Shown: positions 25,946 to 39,288 of the stretch, piece after piece
Numbering within the stretch: the first letter of the stretch is position 1
Layout: each line of letters starts with the position of its first letter
DNA from: the human T2T-CHM13v2.0 reference genome, Homo sapiens
Assembly (NCBI RefSeq): GCF_009914755.1
Contig: NC_060929.1
Reading direction: 5' to 3' (one strand)
Length of the DNA stretch: 64,000 nucleotides
Translations under genes and position numbers: made by a program
Notes under the pieces: model-generated
The model's database searches: none
The model's input: only the letters and a program-made list of their open reading frames with translations
Told to the model about the DNA's origin: nothing

Positions 25946-26989
25946 TGTTTCCCTAAAAAAACAAACAATCATAGATTACATTCATTAAAAAGACTGCACT
26001 GTTCTTTCATTTTTGTTTTTTTCCCATTATATCTATGATTACATACACCTATTCTTCTGCCATCAATTCATATATGAACACCTTTTGGTAGTTTTAATTG
26101 GTTACCTCCCATAAATAGAGACTTATGTTAGAATAAAATGAAACCAATAGATTAAGGTTAAAAAAATAAAATTAAAATGTGCCTAAACATGGTTTAGGTG
26201 AGGACCAAAAGGAAAAATAATTTTAGATTATAAGCCTCTAGTATGTCCTATAGTTAGATAGTGCAGTAGATAGATGAAGCCAACTTGCCGGGGTAGGAAG
26301 GATAGATTTGGACTCCAGCAAAAAATGGCACAAAATGTTTGAAGTGTTTACTACTGATTCTTGATTCAGTCATGATATAAGTCAAGAATTCCCAGCTGTA
26401 ACCTGAAACTAGCCTGCCACTTTAGCAACAAACTTTAATTTCAAATTAGAAATCCCTTTATCCATGTGTTAGAGATCAGCACAAGTTAATAGTTGAAAAC
26501 AGTTGGCCTGCTTTCACGAAAAATAAGTTTTTGTTATAATTTTTGGGAAAACATTTTGCTTTGAAGGAAGCTGTGGCATGATGTCATTTTCAGAAGGGAC
26601 TTCTATAAAAGTAGCCAACAATGATTTTGTTCTCCCATTCATCAGTTATTGCTTGCTTCTTAGATAACCCTCTTTAGTCAGTTGTACCTGGCCTTTTCAT
26701 GGGTTCAGGTACCCAAAGCTGTTGCCTTCACTCTACAAATCCTATCCTGCCAGTACCAACAATGCTCTCTCAAATCATTTTTGCTGTCTTTCAACTCAAT
26801 ATGGTTAGTAAGATTTGAAAAACAAAATGAAATTAGGTAAATGACATTTTAGCAATCAGAGATTATTAATATATTTATGATCACACAAAGTTATTGCTAA
26901 TATTTTTGCTGAATAGTCAATACTATGAAACATACAGTGCAACAGGAAGGAAACAATGGTCTCTGCGTACAGAGATTGTGGCATTCGTT

Positions 26990-27510
26990 GGTGTTTTATC
27001 TATTGCTAAAAAAGAAATTACCTCAAAATTTAGCATTTTAAAACAACCATCTTATTTTGCTTATAATTTTGTGGTCAGGAATTTTAAAAAAGCTCAGCTA
27101 GGGATTCTCACTTGTTGTCTCTCAAAAAGTTGCAGTTGGATATTGGCTGGGACCCCAGTTATCTGCTCAACTTCCAAAATGGCTCGCTCAGCTGAGGCTG
27201 TCAACTAGAGTAATTGAACATAATGTCTTCCATATGACCTGGGTTTCTCACAGCATGGCTGCTTGGTCCTGAGAGCAGTATCCCAACGGGAAGCATTTAG
27301 ACATCATGGATTTTAGTGGGCAAGGCAGGAACTACACAGTTTCTTCAGACCTAGCCCTAGGAGTTACACAATCTCATTTTCCCTGCGTTCTGTCACCTGA
27401 AAGGCCACTCCAGTTGCAAAAAAAGAGGGGCATTTGGCTCTCTAATGTTAAAGAAATAAAAAGACGAATGTCAAATGATTTGTGGCTGTCTTATTCTGCC
27501 AAAACTACAG
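26990..27510 (-). mobile_element. Old MLT1 (G/H-type) LTR
   Basis: tctattgct...aattacctcaaaatttagc...ttctcacagcatggctgct. Confidence 0.65.
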
Positions 27511-28331
27511 AAAATCCAGCTTTTTAGAGTGCCAACAAGAATTTCTCTCAGAAAAAAATATAAAAATCAGTGGAAGATTTTATTTTAACGACTTCTACTT
27601 ATCTACTCATAGATTAAAAAAATTAGTGAAGTGATTCTTTCTGCTGGGCTCATAGGAAAAGAAAATAGTATCTTTTTTTCCACATTATTCTGTTTACAGC
27701 TGTGCACATAGTGAAATTCTTGCAAGTATCAGAAAGATTTCTTTATTAACATTAATTTCCAGAAGAAAATTTTCCATCTGCTTTTTTAAACTAGGGTTAT
27801 TTTCCACCGGATGTGTTTAGTATAAGTAGTCAGGAGGTATCATGTTATTTTTCTGAATTGTTCTAGTTCATATATTCATATTTTTTAAAGTATGGTTTTG
27901 AAAGAACCCATTTTTATCCAAAAGAAGTTCTGGTAGTATAAAATGTCATCCATATACTATGATGTAGTCAGTGCTTATATAAAGGAATCTGTGTTTTTGT
28001 TTAATATGATCTGGTAGATAAAAAGAAGAAATCTTATTACTTGAACAGCATCTACTTCTGACAGGTAATATGTGAGCAATTACCTGTTTGTGACTTTTTT
28101 TCCCACCTTTGAATTTTTCAGGAAAACTTCAACTTTGTCTTAATTTGTTTAGTTTGAAATCATGCAGCTGCATTTGCCTCCTTGTCAAAGAAAACAAAAT
28201 TTCTTTCAGGTTGGGCAGAAAAGCATTATACCAGTTGTTTTGACCCCCAAGGACAGATTTAAATAGGGTTCATCAAATCAAAAACAACAAAGTAGAAGAA
28301 AATTGAAAGTGCCTATTGTCATCACTCCTGG

Positions 28332-28488
28332 CTCAGTGCTTCTCAAGCCTTAATGTACATGTGGAATCCTATGGAAAATGTAAACTGTTGATTCCTATTC
28401 AGCAGGTCTTGGGTAGGGTTGAATATTTACATTTTCAAAAGTTCCCAGGAAATGATGCTGCTGGTTAAAAGACTACATTTGGTGTAGT
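28332..28488. mobile_element. MER5A hAT-Charlie MITE
   Basis: cagtgcttctcaa...attcagcaggtcttgggtaggg...gttcccaggaaatgatgctgctgg. Confidence 0.7.
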
Positions 28489-28854
28489 GAAGGGGTCCAT
28501 TAACTTAGAAATAATTGAATTTGACTCTGAGGGGCACACTGGCAAAGAGAACCAGCAAAGAGTTGCTATATGTTTAAATGGACTTCCAAGAGCAACAAAT
28601 TTAATGTATTTAAAACTCTCTTAAACTTTTTTTTAAATGTCATTAATGTTTACCAGTGGTAAAATATATAAAATTATGCAAAAATGAAAAAAACTGTCAG
28701 GTTTTATTTTATGATGACTTTTAATAAAGCAAATTATTATAGTCATGTAACAAATGACTATAGCTGAGGTTAGAAATCCATTTTCCTCAGAATAAAAACA
28801 AAGCTGATTACAATAAATTACTTTGGCTGATATTTTTTAAAATATTTAAAATGC

Positions 28855-31079
28855 TAATGCAAGGTGGTAAAATAGGAGGTCCTAGACTTCACTCCTACCC
28901 CAGAAGAAATTTCAACCAGCCACTATTCACACACGAAAACACCTTGATGAACACCTTAACATGTGGGAATAAGTCTGAGTCACCTGTGTGTTCCACGAAA
29001 GTGGAAAAAGGTGGGAGAAACGGTCTGGCTTTGGTTGTATTTCCCCTCCTCCTCTAAGTCAGCACCATGCCACACAGAGAAGATCCCTCAGGGCCCACAG
29101 TTTCTATACTGAGAAAAGAGAACCAGGTTGATGGACATCCAGGTTCCCTAGCTTTCTGAGACAGTTTCTAAGAAGCCCAATCCTCATTCTCACCTCATAA
29201 GGAATGGGGAACATGGGAGAAAACTACACAGCTAAGCCACTGGGGTCAGAAGAAAATAAAGCAAGAAGGTGGAGTCCACAGAGAATAGCATGCAGAATTT
29301 GGTAAAAGCTCAATATACCTGGAAGCAGCAGAGTTCCATCAGAGATATCAGCTAACAGCATAGCTCACCCACAAAGCCAAGCTGGTCACTCCCAGAAGAG
29401 GTAGAGAATGTTACCAGGCTTGAATCCCTAGACAGCTACCCTCCAGACCTAGTCTTGGACCTTACCCCAAGATCCTACTCAGGGTGAGAGAAAATCTGTA
29501 GCAAGTTCCCATAACAAGCAGATGCTAGATCTGCCACACCTGGAAGTTTAATCAGGGCTCCCCTCAGCTTCAAAGCCTATTTCCAGAAACTTCCTAGGGT
29601 GGAAGGCAAATCTCAACCATGCATTTTTTCTGACAATGGCAGTTATTCCATCCATCCTGATCTACTTAACTTGGGGCCCCTTCTGCAACTCTATGCAACT
29701 ACTGAAGTCAAATAGCATTACCTTTTCTCCATAACTACAGCCTGTGGCCCAGCCAGATCAGAGGCAATAGCAGTGCTTATACAGCAGCTCAGCTTGATAG
29801 CAGATCTCAGCCAGGGGTCTTGCTGGACAGCAAAACCTAGCCAGCTACCCCACCCAAATTTAGAAAAAAGAGAGTAGTAGCCCAACCATGCAAGGAACCT
29901 GAAAGCAAGCTCTGCTTGCCCAGGGTCATCACCAGCTGGCTCATTCAGAATCATAGGCAAGACTAACGAGGAAATGCTTATCCCTACCAGAGAACTCCTA
30001 TAAAAGCAGGAAAATGTGGCTGTCTCTTCAAATGCATAAATGCCAATGCAAGGACTTAAGAATTACAAAGATTGAGGAAATCATGACACCTTCAAAAGAA
30101 ACTAACAAAACCCAAACCATAAACTCTACAAAAGTAGATGTACGAAATGACAGAAAAATAATTCAGAATAATCCTCTTTAAAAAATTCAGTGAACTTCAG
30201 AAATATACATATACGAATAAAAAATTAAATGTGATTTGAAGAACAATACCCAAACCACATGAGAAGTTTGACAAAGAAGTAGAAATAATAAGAAAACATC
30301 AAATAAAAATCCTAGAGGTGAAGAATGTAATGACTGAACTAAATATTGCAAAAGAAAGCTTTAACAGCTAGCATGATCAAGCTGAAGAAAAAAAAATCAG
30401 TGAACTTGAAGACAAAACATTTGAAATTACCTAATCAGAGGAACGACAACAACAAGAAGGGGTGAAAAAGAATGCAGAATGCCTACAAATTTATGGGACA
30501 TCATAAAGAGACCTAACTCATGCATAGTAGGCATTAAAAAAGGAAAAACAAAAATGAACAGAAAAGTTATTTAAAGGCATAATGGATAAAAATTCCTCTA
30601 ATTTGAGGAAAGAAGCCAACATTTAGGTACAGAAAGTACAGAGAAAACCAATTAAATTCAACTCAAAGAGAAATTCTCCAGAACATATAATTATCAAACT
30701 ATCAAATTCAAAGACAAAAAAAATTCTTAGAGAAGCAAAAGATAAGAGATACATCATATACAAAGGAGTCTCAATATGACTATCAGCAGACTTCTCAGAA
30801 GAAACTCTACAGGCCAGGAGAGAGTGAGATGATATATTCAAAATGCTGAAGGGAAAACCTGCCAATCAAGAATGCCTTACTAAACAAAGCTATCTTTCAG
30901 AAACGAAAAAGTAGTGAAAAGTTTCTGAGACAAACTAATGCTTACTAGGCAAAAAATATTTTATCATCTCTAGGCTTGCCACATAGAAATTTCTAAAGAA
31001 GTTTTTTACAACTTAAAGAAAAAGCTACTAATAAATAACATAAAACTTATGAAAACACAAAACCTAATAATACAAGTAA
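28855..31079 (+). mobile_element. Old L1M (L1MA-era) 5' UTR and degraded ORF1
   Basis: ORF1 remnants (atgacaccttcaaaagaaac; tatcagcagacttctcagaagaaactctacaggccaggagagagtg). The element is interrupted by THE1. Confidence 0.8.
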
Positions 31080-33361
31080 TGTATTAATCCATTTTCACAC
31101 TACTGATAAAGAAATACCTGAGACTGGGCAATTTACAAAGGAAAGAGGCTTAATGAGCTTATAGTTCCACATGGCTGGGGAGGCCTCACAATCATGGTGG
31201 AAGGCAAGGAGGAGCAAGTCACATTATGGATGGCAGCAGGCAAAGAGAGAGCTTGTGCAGGGAAACTCCGATTTTTAAAACCATCAGATCTCATGAGATT
31301 CATTCACTAAAAAGACAACAGTGCAGGAAATACCCTCCCCCATAATTTAATCACCTCCCACTGGGTTCCTCCCATGACATGTGGGAATTGTGGGAGTTAC
31401 AATTCAAAATAAGGTTTGGGTGGGGACACAGCCAAACCATATCATTCCACCCTGGCCCCTCCTAATCTCATGTACTCACATTTCAAAACCAATCATGCCT
31501 CCCAACAGTCCCCCAAAGTCTTAACCCATTAACTCAAAAGTACACAATCCAATGTCTCATCTAAGAGAAGGCAAATCCTTTCTGCCTATAAGCCTGTAAA
31601 ATCAATAGCAAGTTAGTTACTTCCTAGATACAATGGGTGTACAGGCATTGGGTAAATACAGCCATTGCAAATAGGAGAAATTGACCAAAACGAAGGGGCG
31701 ACAGGCCCCATGCAAGTCCGAAATCCAGCAGGGCAGTCAAATCTTAAAGCACCAATATTATCTCCTTTGACTCTATGTCTGACATTTGAATCACACTGAT
31801 GCAAGAGGTGGGTTCCCATGGTCTTGAGCAGTTTCACCCCTGTGGGTTAGAAGGGTACTGCCTCCCTCCTGGCTACTTTCACAGAAGGCGTTGAGTGTCT
31901 GTGGCTTTCCCAACTACATGGTGCAAGCTGTCGGTGGATCTGTTATTCTGGGGTCTGGAGGATGGCAGCCCTCTTCTCAAAGCTCCACTAGGCAGTGCCC
32001 CAGTAGGGACTCTGTGTGGGGGCTCTGACCCCACATTTTCCTTCTGCACTTCCCTAGCAGAGGTTCTCTTGAGTGCCCTGCACCTGCAGCAAACTTCTGC
32101 CTGGACATCCAGGCATTTCCATACATCCTCTTAAATTTAGATGGAGGTTCCCAAGCCTCAATTCTTGGCTTTTGTGCACCTGCAGGCTTAATATCACATG
32201 GAAGCTGCCAAGGCTTGGGACTTGGACCCTCTGAAGTTATGTCCCAAGCTGTACCTTGGCCCATTTTAGTCACAGCTGGAGTGACTGGGACACAGGGCAC
32301 CAAATCTCTAGACTGCACATAGCACAGAAACCCTCGGCCCAGCCAAGGAAAACAGTTTTTCTTCCCCTCAATGAGAGGGGCTGCTGCAAAGGTCTCTGAC
32401 ATGCTGTGTAGACATTTTCCCCATTGTCTTGGTGATTAACATTCAGCTCCTCATTATTTATACAAATTTCTGCAGCCAGCTTGAATTTCTCCTCAGAAAA
32501 TGGGATTTTTCTAGCATTGCCAAGTTGCAAATTTTTCAAACTTTTATGCTCTGTTTCCGTTTTAAAACTGAATGCCTTTAACAGCACCCAAGTTATCTCT
32601 TGAATGCTTTGCTGCTTAGAAATTTCTTCTGCCAGATACCCAAAATTATTTCTCTCAAGTTCAAAGTTCCACAAATCTTTAGAGCACGAGCAAAATGCTA
32701 CCAGTCTCTTTACCAAAACATAACAAGAGTCACCTTTCCTCCAGTTCCCAACAAGTTTCTCATCTCCATCTGAGACCACCTCAGCCTGGATTTTATTGTC
32801 CATGTCACTATCTGCATTTTGAGCAAAGCCATTTAACTTGTCTCTAGGAAATTCTGAACTTTCCCACATTTTCCTATCTTCTTGTGAGTCCTCCAAACTG
32901 CTCTGACCTCTGCCTATTACCCAGTTCCAAAGTCACTTCCACATTTTTGGGTATCTTTTCAGCAGCGCCCCACTCTTCCGGTACCAATTTACTGTATTAG
33001 TTCATTTTCACGTTGCTGAGAAAGACATATCCAAGACTGAGCAATTTACAAAAGAAACAGGTTTAATGAACTTACAATTTCACATGGCTTGAGAGGCCTC
33101 ACAGTCATGGTGGAAGGCAAGGAAGAGCAAGTCACATCTTACATGGATCGTGACAGGCAAAGAGACAGCTTGTGCAGGGAAACTCCCATTTTTAAAACCA
33201 TCAGATCTCGTGAGATTCATTCACTATCATGAGAACAGTGCAGGAAAGACCTGCCCCCCTAATTCAATCACCTCCCATCAGGTTCTTCCCACAACATGTG
33301 GGAAATGTGAGAATTACAATTCAAAATGAGATGTGGGTGGGAACATAGCCAAACCATATCA
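31080..33361 (-). mobile_element. Full-length THE1 (THE1B-like) MaLR provirus, LTR-int-LTR
   Basis: LTRs at 31080-31444 and 32993-33361 around a ~1.55-kb internal region, with a perfect 5-bp TSD AGTAA. Confidence 0.95.
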
Positions 33362-33878
33362 AGTAATACAGAACAATATTCAGAATACTTTAGTACTGTA
33401 ATGGTTGTGTGTAAAGTAATTTCATCCCTTGTATGACAGTTAAAGGACAAAATTATTAGTAACAACTATAGCTAAAATACATTGCTAAAGGATACACATT
33501 GCCAAATGATTTAAATTCAGACACCAAAAACATAAAATGGAAGGGAGGATATTATAAACTTGCAACAGACTGTTATAAGAATAAGATGTTCTATTTAGAC
33601 ATCATGGTAACCACAAAGCAAAAATCTATAAGAGATGCTCAAAACAAGAATAAAAATTATTTAAAACTACCAGGAAGAAAACCATCAAACCATAAAGGAA
33701 GACAGATAAAGAGGAAGACATAAACAAAGTGTCTTTAAAACAACCATAAAACAATTAACAAAATGACAGTAGTCAGTTCTTACATATCAATAATTACCTT
33801 GAATGTAAATGAATTAAATTCTTCAATCAAAAGACACAGAGTGAATGAATGGGTAAAAATAAAACCCAATAATATACT
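33362..33878 (+). mobile_element. Continuation of the L1M: inter-ORF region and ORF2 N-terminus
   Basis: 33763 onward reads MTVVSSYISIITLNVNELNSSIKRHRV, homologous to the start of the L1 ORF2 endonuclease. Confidence 0.85.
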
Positions 33879-35688
33879 CTCTCCTCCACCTCCCAAAGTG
33901 TTGGGTATTATAGGCAGAAGCCCTAGGACCTGGACAGCCCTTCCTTTAAAACACGAGTTTTACAAAGACAAGACCATATTATTGAACATGTTTTGATTTA
34001 TCATTTGGCATATTTCTCCAGATCTCATAATGTTGCCTCTAGGAACTACACAAGTATTATGGATGCCACTGACCACTGCAGCAACCTCAGCCAGTGTCCA
34101 CAAAGATGGCACTGTAGCCAATACCATCATACAAGAAAAATGTGCAAACATTTGAAAGGGGAAAAAAGTTAGCTTGTAGGTGATATAATTATGTGCTTAG
34201 AAAATTAAAAACAATTTTTCCAATACTATTATAAACATTTTTAAATTCTCCTTTTGCATATGCTCTCCATTTAACTTTTACTCAAATATGTTTTACAAAA
34301 AAATTATATAATTGAAATTGCTAGTTCAATGGTGTGCATGTTTCTAATGTCCTTGCATGCATTAATGTCATGTCTAATGTCATTTCAGAAGGGACAATGA
34401 CAAATTGTCCCTTCTGAAATGTACAAAAGTTTACTTCCTCCAACTCAACTACAAGCTTAATCTCTGACTTTTTGCCATTTGGTAAATGAGATTTCTCAGT
34501 ACTGGCTATGTTGCAGTGAAAAGGCCACTCTCATACAGAGTTAATGGGAGAGTAAATCAGAACAACATTCCTGGAAAACAATTTCTAGCTAAACATTAAA
34601 AGCCTTGAGAATGTCCATACCCTTTGACCTATTTCTGGGAATTTATCCTAATGCAACAATTCAACATGTGAAGAAATAATTGTACAAAATAATGTGTGTC
34701 CCATTATGTTTTTTACATAGCAAACTCTTGTAAGCATACAAATTATCTAAAAGATAAATTGTTATGAAAATTGTAACACATAGGCAAAAATTAAAATAAT
34801 AATAATTTTTATAAATAGTATAAAATATGCATTAAAAATGATGAATGGAAAAGAAAATATCAAGATTATCAAAGAGTAGCTGCTTGATGGAGAACAAATT
34901 GACTTTGCACAAGTCATCATTTAAATAGAATACAATCCTGGAATTGTGCAGTGAGACACTGTCAATATTATTGATGCTTCATTCTTCTTGACTACAGGGG
35001 ATATGTCTCCTTCTGGCCAATGTGAGGGAATGCCCCAAGGAGATGTTCATGAGGAAGACACAAGATGACTAATAGCCAAACAAGACGATGTTTAACTTGA
35101 GGATGAATACTCCAAATTAAAGAGCTGAGCATTAGTACTAGAGGTGTTCTGCTGAAAGACAGCTACACTGTGAGGTGAATTTACCACTTACTAATAATAA
35201 AATAATTAGTACTGTAAAATAGTGTAACTAGTTTAATCTTTCAGACCACATGCTTAGGGAGTAAAACCTTAATCTCTATGTAAAATCATATTTCACATGA
35301 TTATAGAAAACCTAGTCCAATCAATTAACAGTAAATTGAATTTATCTCAGTTGCTTTGGGTATAAACTCAGCAAAATCAGGGCTTCCTTTAATCTCTCTG
35401 CCCCTCTTCTCCCTGTAAGATTCCTAAACTTTAGCTCATATATTGTCACTGGGAGAGAGGTTGCTAGTCTATGGTCCTTGGCATAGCCCCTGCTGTCTTC
35501 CTCCATTGAGTCTCAGTGCATATGCAGGAATATCTCTGCAAGCACAGGCCTGTAAAGATCTGTATCTTCCTCAACCTGAGACGGAGAGCATTCCAGGGCT
35601 ATGGTCCACTCTCAGCAACTTCCTCTCAATTCACAGGAGCTGGAGAGGACTTTTGCTTATTTTTCTGTACTTTTCTAGACTATTTATA

Positions 35689-37318
35689 TTGTGGGGAATC
35701 TTTGAACTTGGGGGAGATGATTTAGGACATCTGGCAGAAGAAATTTCTAAGCAGCAAAGCATTCAAGATGTGACTTGAATGCTGTTAAAGGCATTCAGTT
35801 TCACAAGGGAAGCAGAGCATAAAAGTTTGAAAAATTTGCAGCCTGACAATGAGATAGAAAAGAAAATTCCATTTTCTGTGAAGAAATTCAAGCTGGCTGC
35901 AGAAATTTGCATAAGTAACGAGGACCTGAGTGTTAATCACCAAGACAATTGGGAAAATGTCTCTAGGGCATATCAGAGGTCTTCATGGCAGCCCCTTCCA
36001 TTACAAGCCCTGAGGCATAGGCAGTAAAAATGGTTTTGTGGGCCAGGTCCAGGGTCCCTTTCCTGTGTGCACTGTAGGGACTTGGTGCCCGGCATCTCAG
36101 ATGCTCCAGTTGTGGCTAAAAGGGAAAAGGTACAGCTTGGACCATGGCTTCAGAGGATGCAAGTCCCAAGCCTTGGCAGTTTCCACAGGGTGTTGAGCCT
36201 TCAAGTGCACAGAGGTCAAGAATTGAGGTTTGGGAACCTCCACCTGGATTTTATAGCATGTATGGAAACACCTGGATGTCCAGGCAGAAGTTTGCTGCAG
36301 GTGCAGGGCCCTCATGAAGAACCTCTGCTAGGGCAGTACAGAAGGGAAATGTGGGGTCAGAACCCCCAAACAGAATCCCCACTGGAGCACTGCCTAGTAG
36401 AGCTGTGAGAAGAAGGTCAAAATCCTCTAGACTACAGAATGGTAGATCCACTGACAGCTTGCACTGTGTGCCTGGAAAAGCTGCAGACACTCAACGTCAG
36501 CCCATGAAAGCAGCTGTGAGGCAGGCTGTACCCTGCAAACCCACACAGGAAGGGCTGCCCAAGACCATGGGAACCCACCTCTTGTATCAGTATGACCTGG
36601 ATGTTAGACATGGAGTCAAAGGAGATTATTTTAGAGCTTTAAGATTTGACTGCCCTGCTGGATTTTGGACTTGCATGAGGCCTGTATCCCCTTCATTTTG
36701 GCCAATTTCTCCTATTTGTAATGGATGTATTTACCCAATGCCTGTACCTCCATTGTATCTAGGAAGTAACTAACTTGCTTTTGATTTTACAGGCTCATAG
36801 GTGGAAGGGACTTGCCTTGTCTCAGATGAGACTTTGGACTTGGACTTTTGGGTTAATGCTGGAATGAGTTAAGACTTTGGGGGACTGTTGGGAAGGCATG
36901 ATTGGTTTTGAAATGTGAGTACATGAGATTTGGGAGAGGCCGGGGTGGAATGATTTGGTTTGGCTGTGTCCCCACCCAAATCTCATCTTGAATTTTAGCT
37001 CCCATAATACCTATGCATTGTGGGAGGGACCTGGTGGGAGATAACTGAATCATGGGGGCAGTTTCCCTCATACTATTCTTGTGGTAGTGAATAAGTATCA
37101 TGAGATCTGATGGTTTTATAAACAGAAGTTACCCTTCACAAGCTACCATTTTTTTCTGGCTGCCATGTAAGGCTTCTCTTCGCCCTCCCTTTATCTTCCA
37201 CCATGATTGTGAGGCCTTCCCAGCCATGTGGAACTGTGAGTCAATTAAACCTCTTTCCTTTATAAATTACTCAGTTTCAGGTATGTCTTTATGAGCAGCA
37301 TGAGAACAGACTAATACA
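35689..37318 (+). mobile_element. 5'-truncated THE1 (internal region plus 3' LTR 36951-37318)
   Basis: THE1-int peptides (EEISKQQSIQ, GSEPPNRIPTGALPS) and an LTR ending gactaataca. Confidence 0.92.
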
Positions 37319-38086
37319 AGCAGAACAGGGTTACTTTGAGAAGCTTGAAAACTCTCTGGAGTTCCTCAAAAAGGAAATGAGATAGGAAGGAAATCTGACC
37401 TCAGATTTCCAAACCTTTCCAAATGTCTTATCCTCTACTCCACTCATATGCAGTGATTCAGCCCCAAGAAAGAAAAAAAGATGTGTGTTTAGAAACTTTC
37501 CTGTTTGTGACCCCTTATTCCTCCCCTTATTTGGCCCCAAGCTAGTAAGAACATTCCCAGTCTGTGGTGGCAAAACCATCTGGCACCTCATCAGTTCTCT
37601 TTCCAATCTACTATTTGTTGCCAAGTTATTTGTAGCAGGGCCTTGAAAATCAAATGCCTGGGCTTTGAAGACTACTGTGCCTGAAAGCAAGAATTTGACC
37701 CCTTAGGTCTCACTCCACTTGGAGGCATCTTATTGTCAATGAAGCCTCCACAACAGAAGTCAATATGGTGCTGAGTGTAAGACCACCTCTCCACTGACCA
37801 CCATTAACGGGGCTCAAAAAGTGCCCTTGCACCTCAAGTAAGACTCACATTGCAGAAGATTACATGACTCCATCAAAATGAGTCAAATGAGAGTCCCCTA
37901 AATTTTTCTGCTCCTGTCAGTTCGTCACCTCCTTGGCTGCTCCGTGCATATTCTAAGCATGCTCTTATCTTAAGGCTTAATCTTCTTCCCTCAGATATCT
38001 GCTCCCTTACTTCCCTCAGGATTTTCTCAAATTCATCTCCATGAGGCCTTCCCAGGTCACCCTATGTAAAATTTCAAAGACCTGCC

Positions 38087-38472
38087 TGCATGATTTGAGT
38101 GTATCCCTTCCAAACTCATGTTGAAACTTAATCCCCATTATGGTAGTATTAAGAAGTGGAGCCTTTGTGGAAGTGGTTAACCTCTTGAATGAATCAGTAC
38201 CTATTTTAAAAGCACTGGAAGGAACTAGCTTAAGCCCCTTTTTACCCTTCTGCGTTTTGCCTTCTGGAGACACACCATTTGTCACCTCTGCAGGACACAG
38301 TTGCAAGGTGCCATCTTGGAAGCAGGGGATGGGGCTCTCACCAAACACCAGGCCTGCCAGCACATTGATCTTAAACTATCTGGCTTCTGGAACTGTGAGA
38401 AATAAATTTCTGTTCCTTAAAAACTACCCAGTCTCAGTTATTTTGTTATAGTAGCAGAAGTGTACTAAGACA
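38087..38472 (+). mobile_element. MSTC/D MaLR LTR inserted in L2
   Basis: ccaaactcatgttgaaacttaatcccca...ggtgccatcttggaagcag...actaagaca. Confidence 0.8.
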
Positions 38473-38629
38473 CTGTCCATATTTAATACCTATCTCCTTT
38501 GCTTTAATTTTTCTTCTAAACAATTATCACAAGAGTACAAATATGCTTTTTCTTATTGTCTGTCTTTCCCATTATTATAACTGCGAAGAGGGCAGAATTT
38601 TTGCATGCTCTGTTTACTGCTGGAATATC

Positions 38630-39288
38630 TGTCATCAAAAAAAAAAAAACAAACAAACAATGTGGAATTCAGTACAGACAGATTTTACAACAGGGAAAAG
38701 GGACTATAACAACAAGGGCATGGATATCACAATAGGGAGAATACGCCAACCATGAGATCTCAAAGCATCACAAAGGTCAGATAGAAAAAAAAGAAAAAAA
38801 ACCTTTCTTTTAAAGAAAGGAGTAAATGACACTGGAAAGAACCAGGTGTGAGAAGTAAGATGAGCAGGAGTTAGGATCAATTAGGGATGTTTTCCCAGAG
38901 GTCAGCTGATTCTTGCCATTAAAGAGGAAGAGTTTTTCCACATTCCAATGGTCAAGAGTGCACCAAAGTTCAGTTCTTTTCTGAGTGAAGGAGAGAATCT
39001 AACTAAAGTTTAGTTAACACAGATAAGTGGGCTTTTTGCCCATATTTGTCAATGGAAACAAGTAGGTCATAGATGCTTACCATTTATGAAGCAGAGAATG
39101 GGACTAGGTAAGAAGGGAGTCATCATTGAATCTTATCTAGGGAGTCATCATTGAATCTTATCTAAGTCATATGAAGAAGGATGGCTCTTTGCAGTAAGCT
39201 GTTCCAGCAACACAAATAGATGGGGGTGATTTCTTGACCCTTCCTGATTTCCGGGATTATAGAGCTCCAAGAAAGTTGAATATTGTCA
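38630..39288 (-). mobile_element. MER90/MER92-like ERV1 solo LTR inserted in L2
   Basis: TG...CA termini; the minus strand begins tgacaatattcaacttt...catatgacttagataaga. The L2 tail resumes at about 39290. Confidence 0.6.

Noticed and set aside
31613-32896. ORFs of up to 208 aa, with homologs at 35.4-36.8 kb and 54.7-55.1 kb, as a gene family
   Set aside because: They are fragments of the degenerate THE1 internal ORF, broken differently in each copy.
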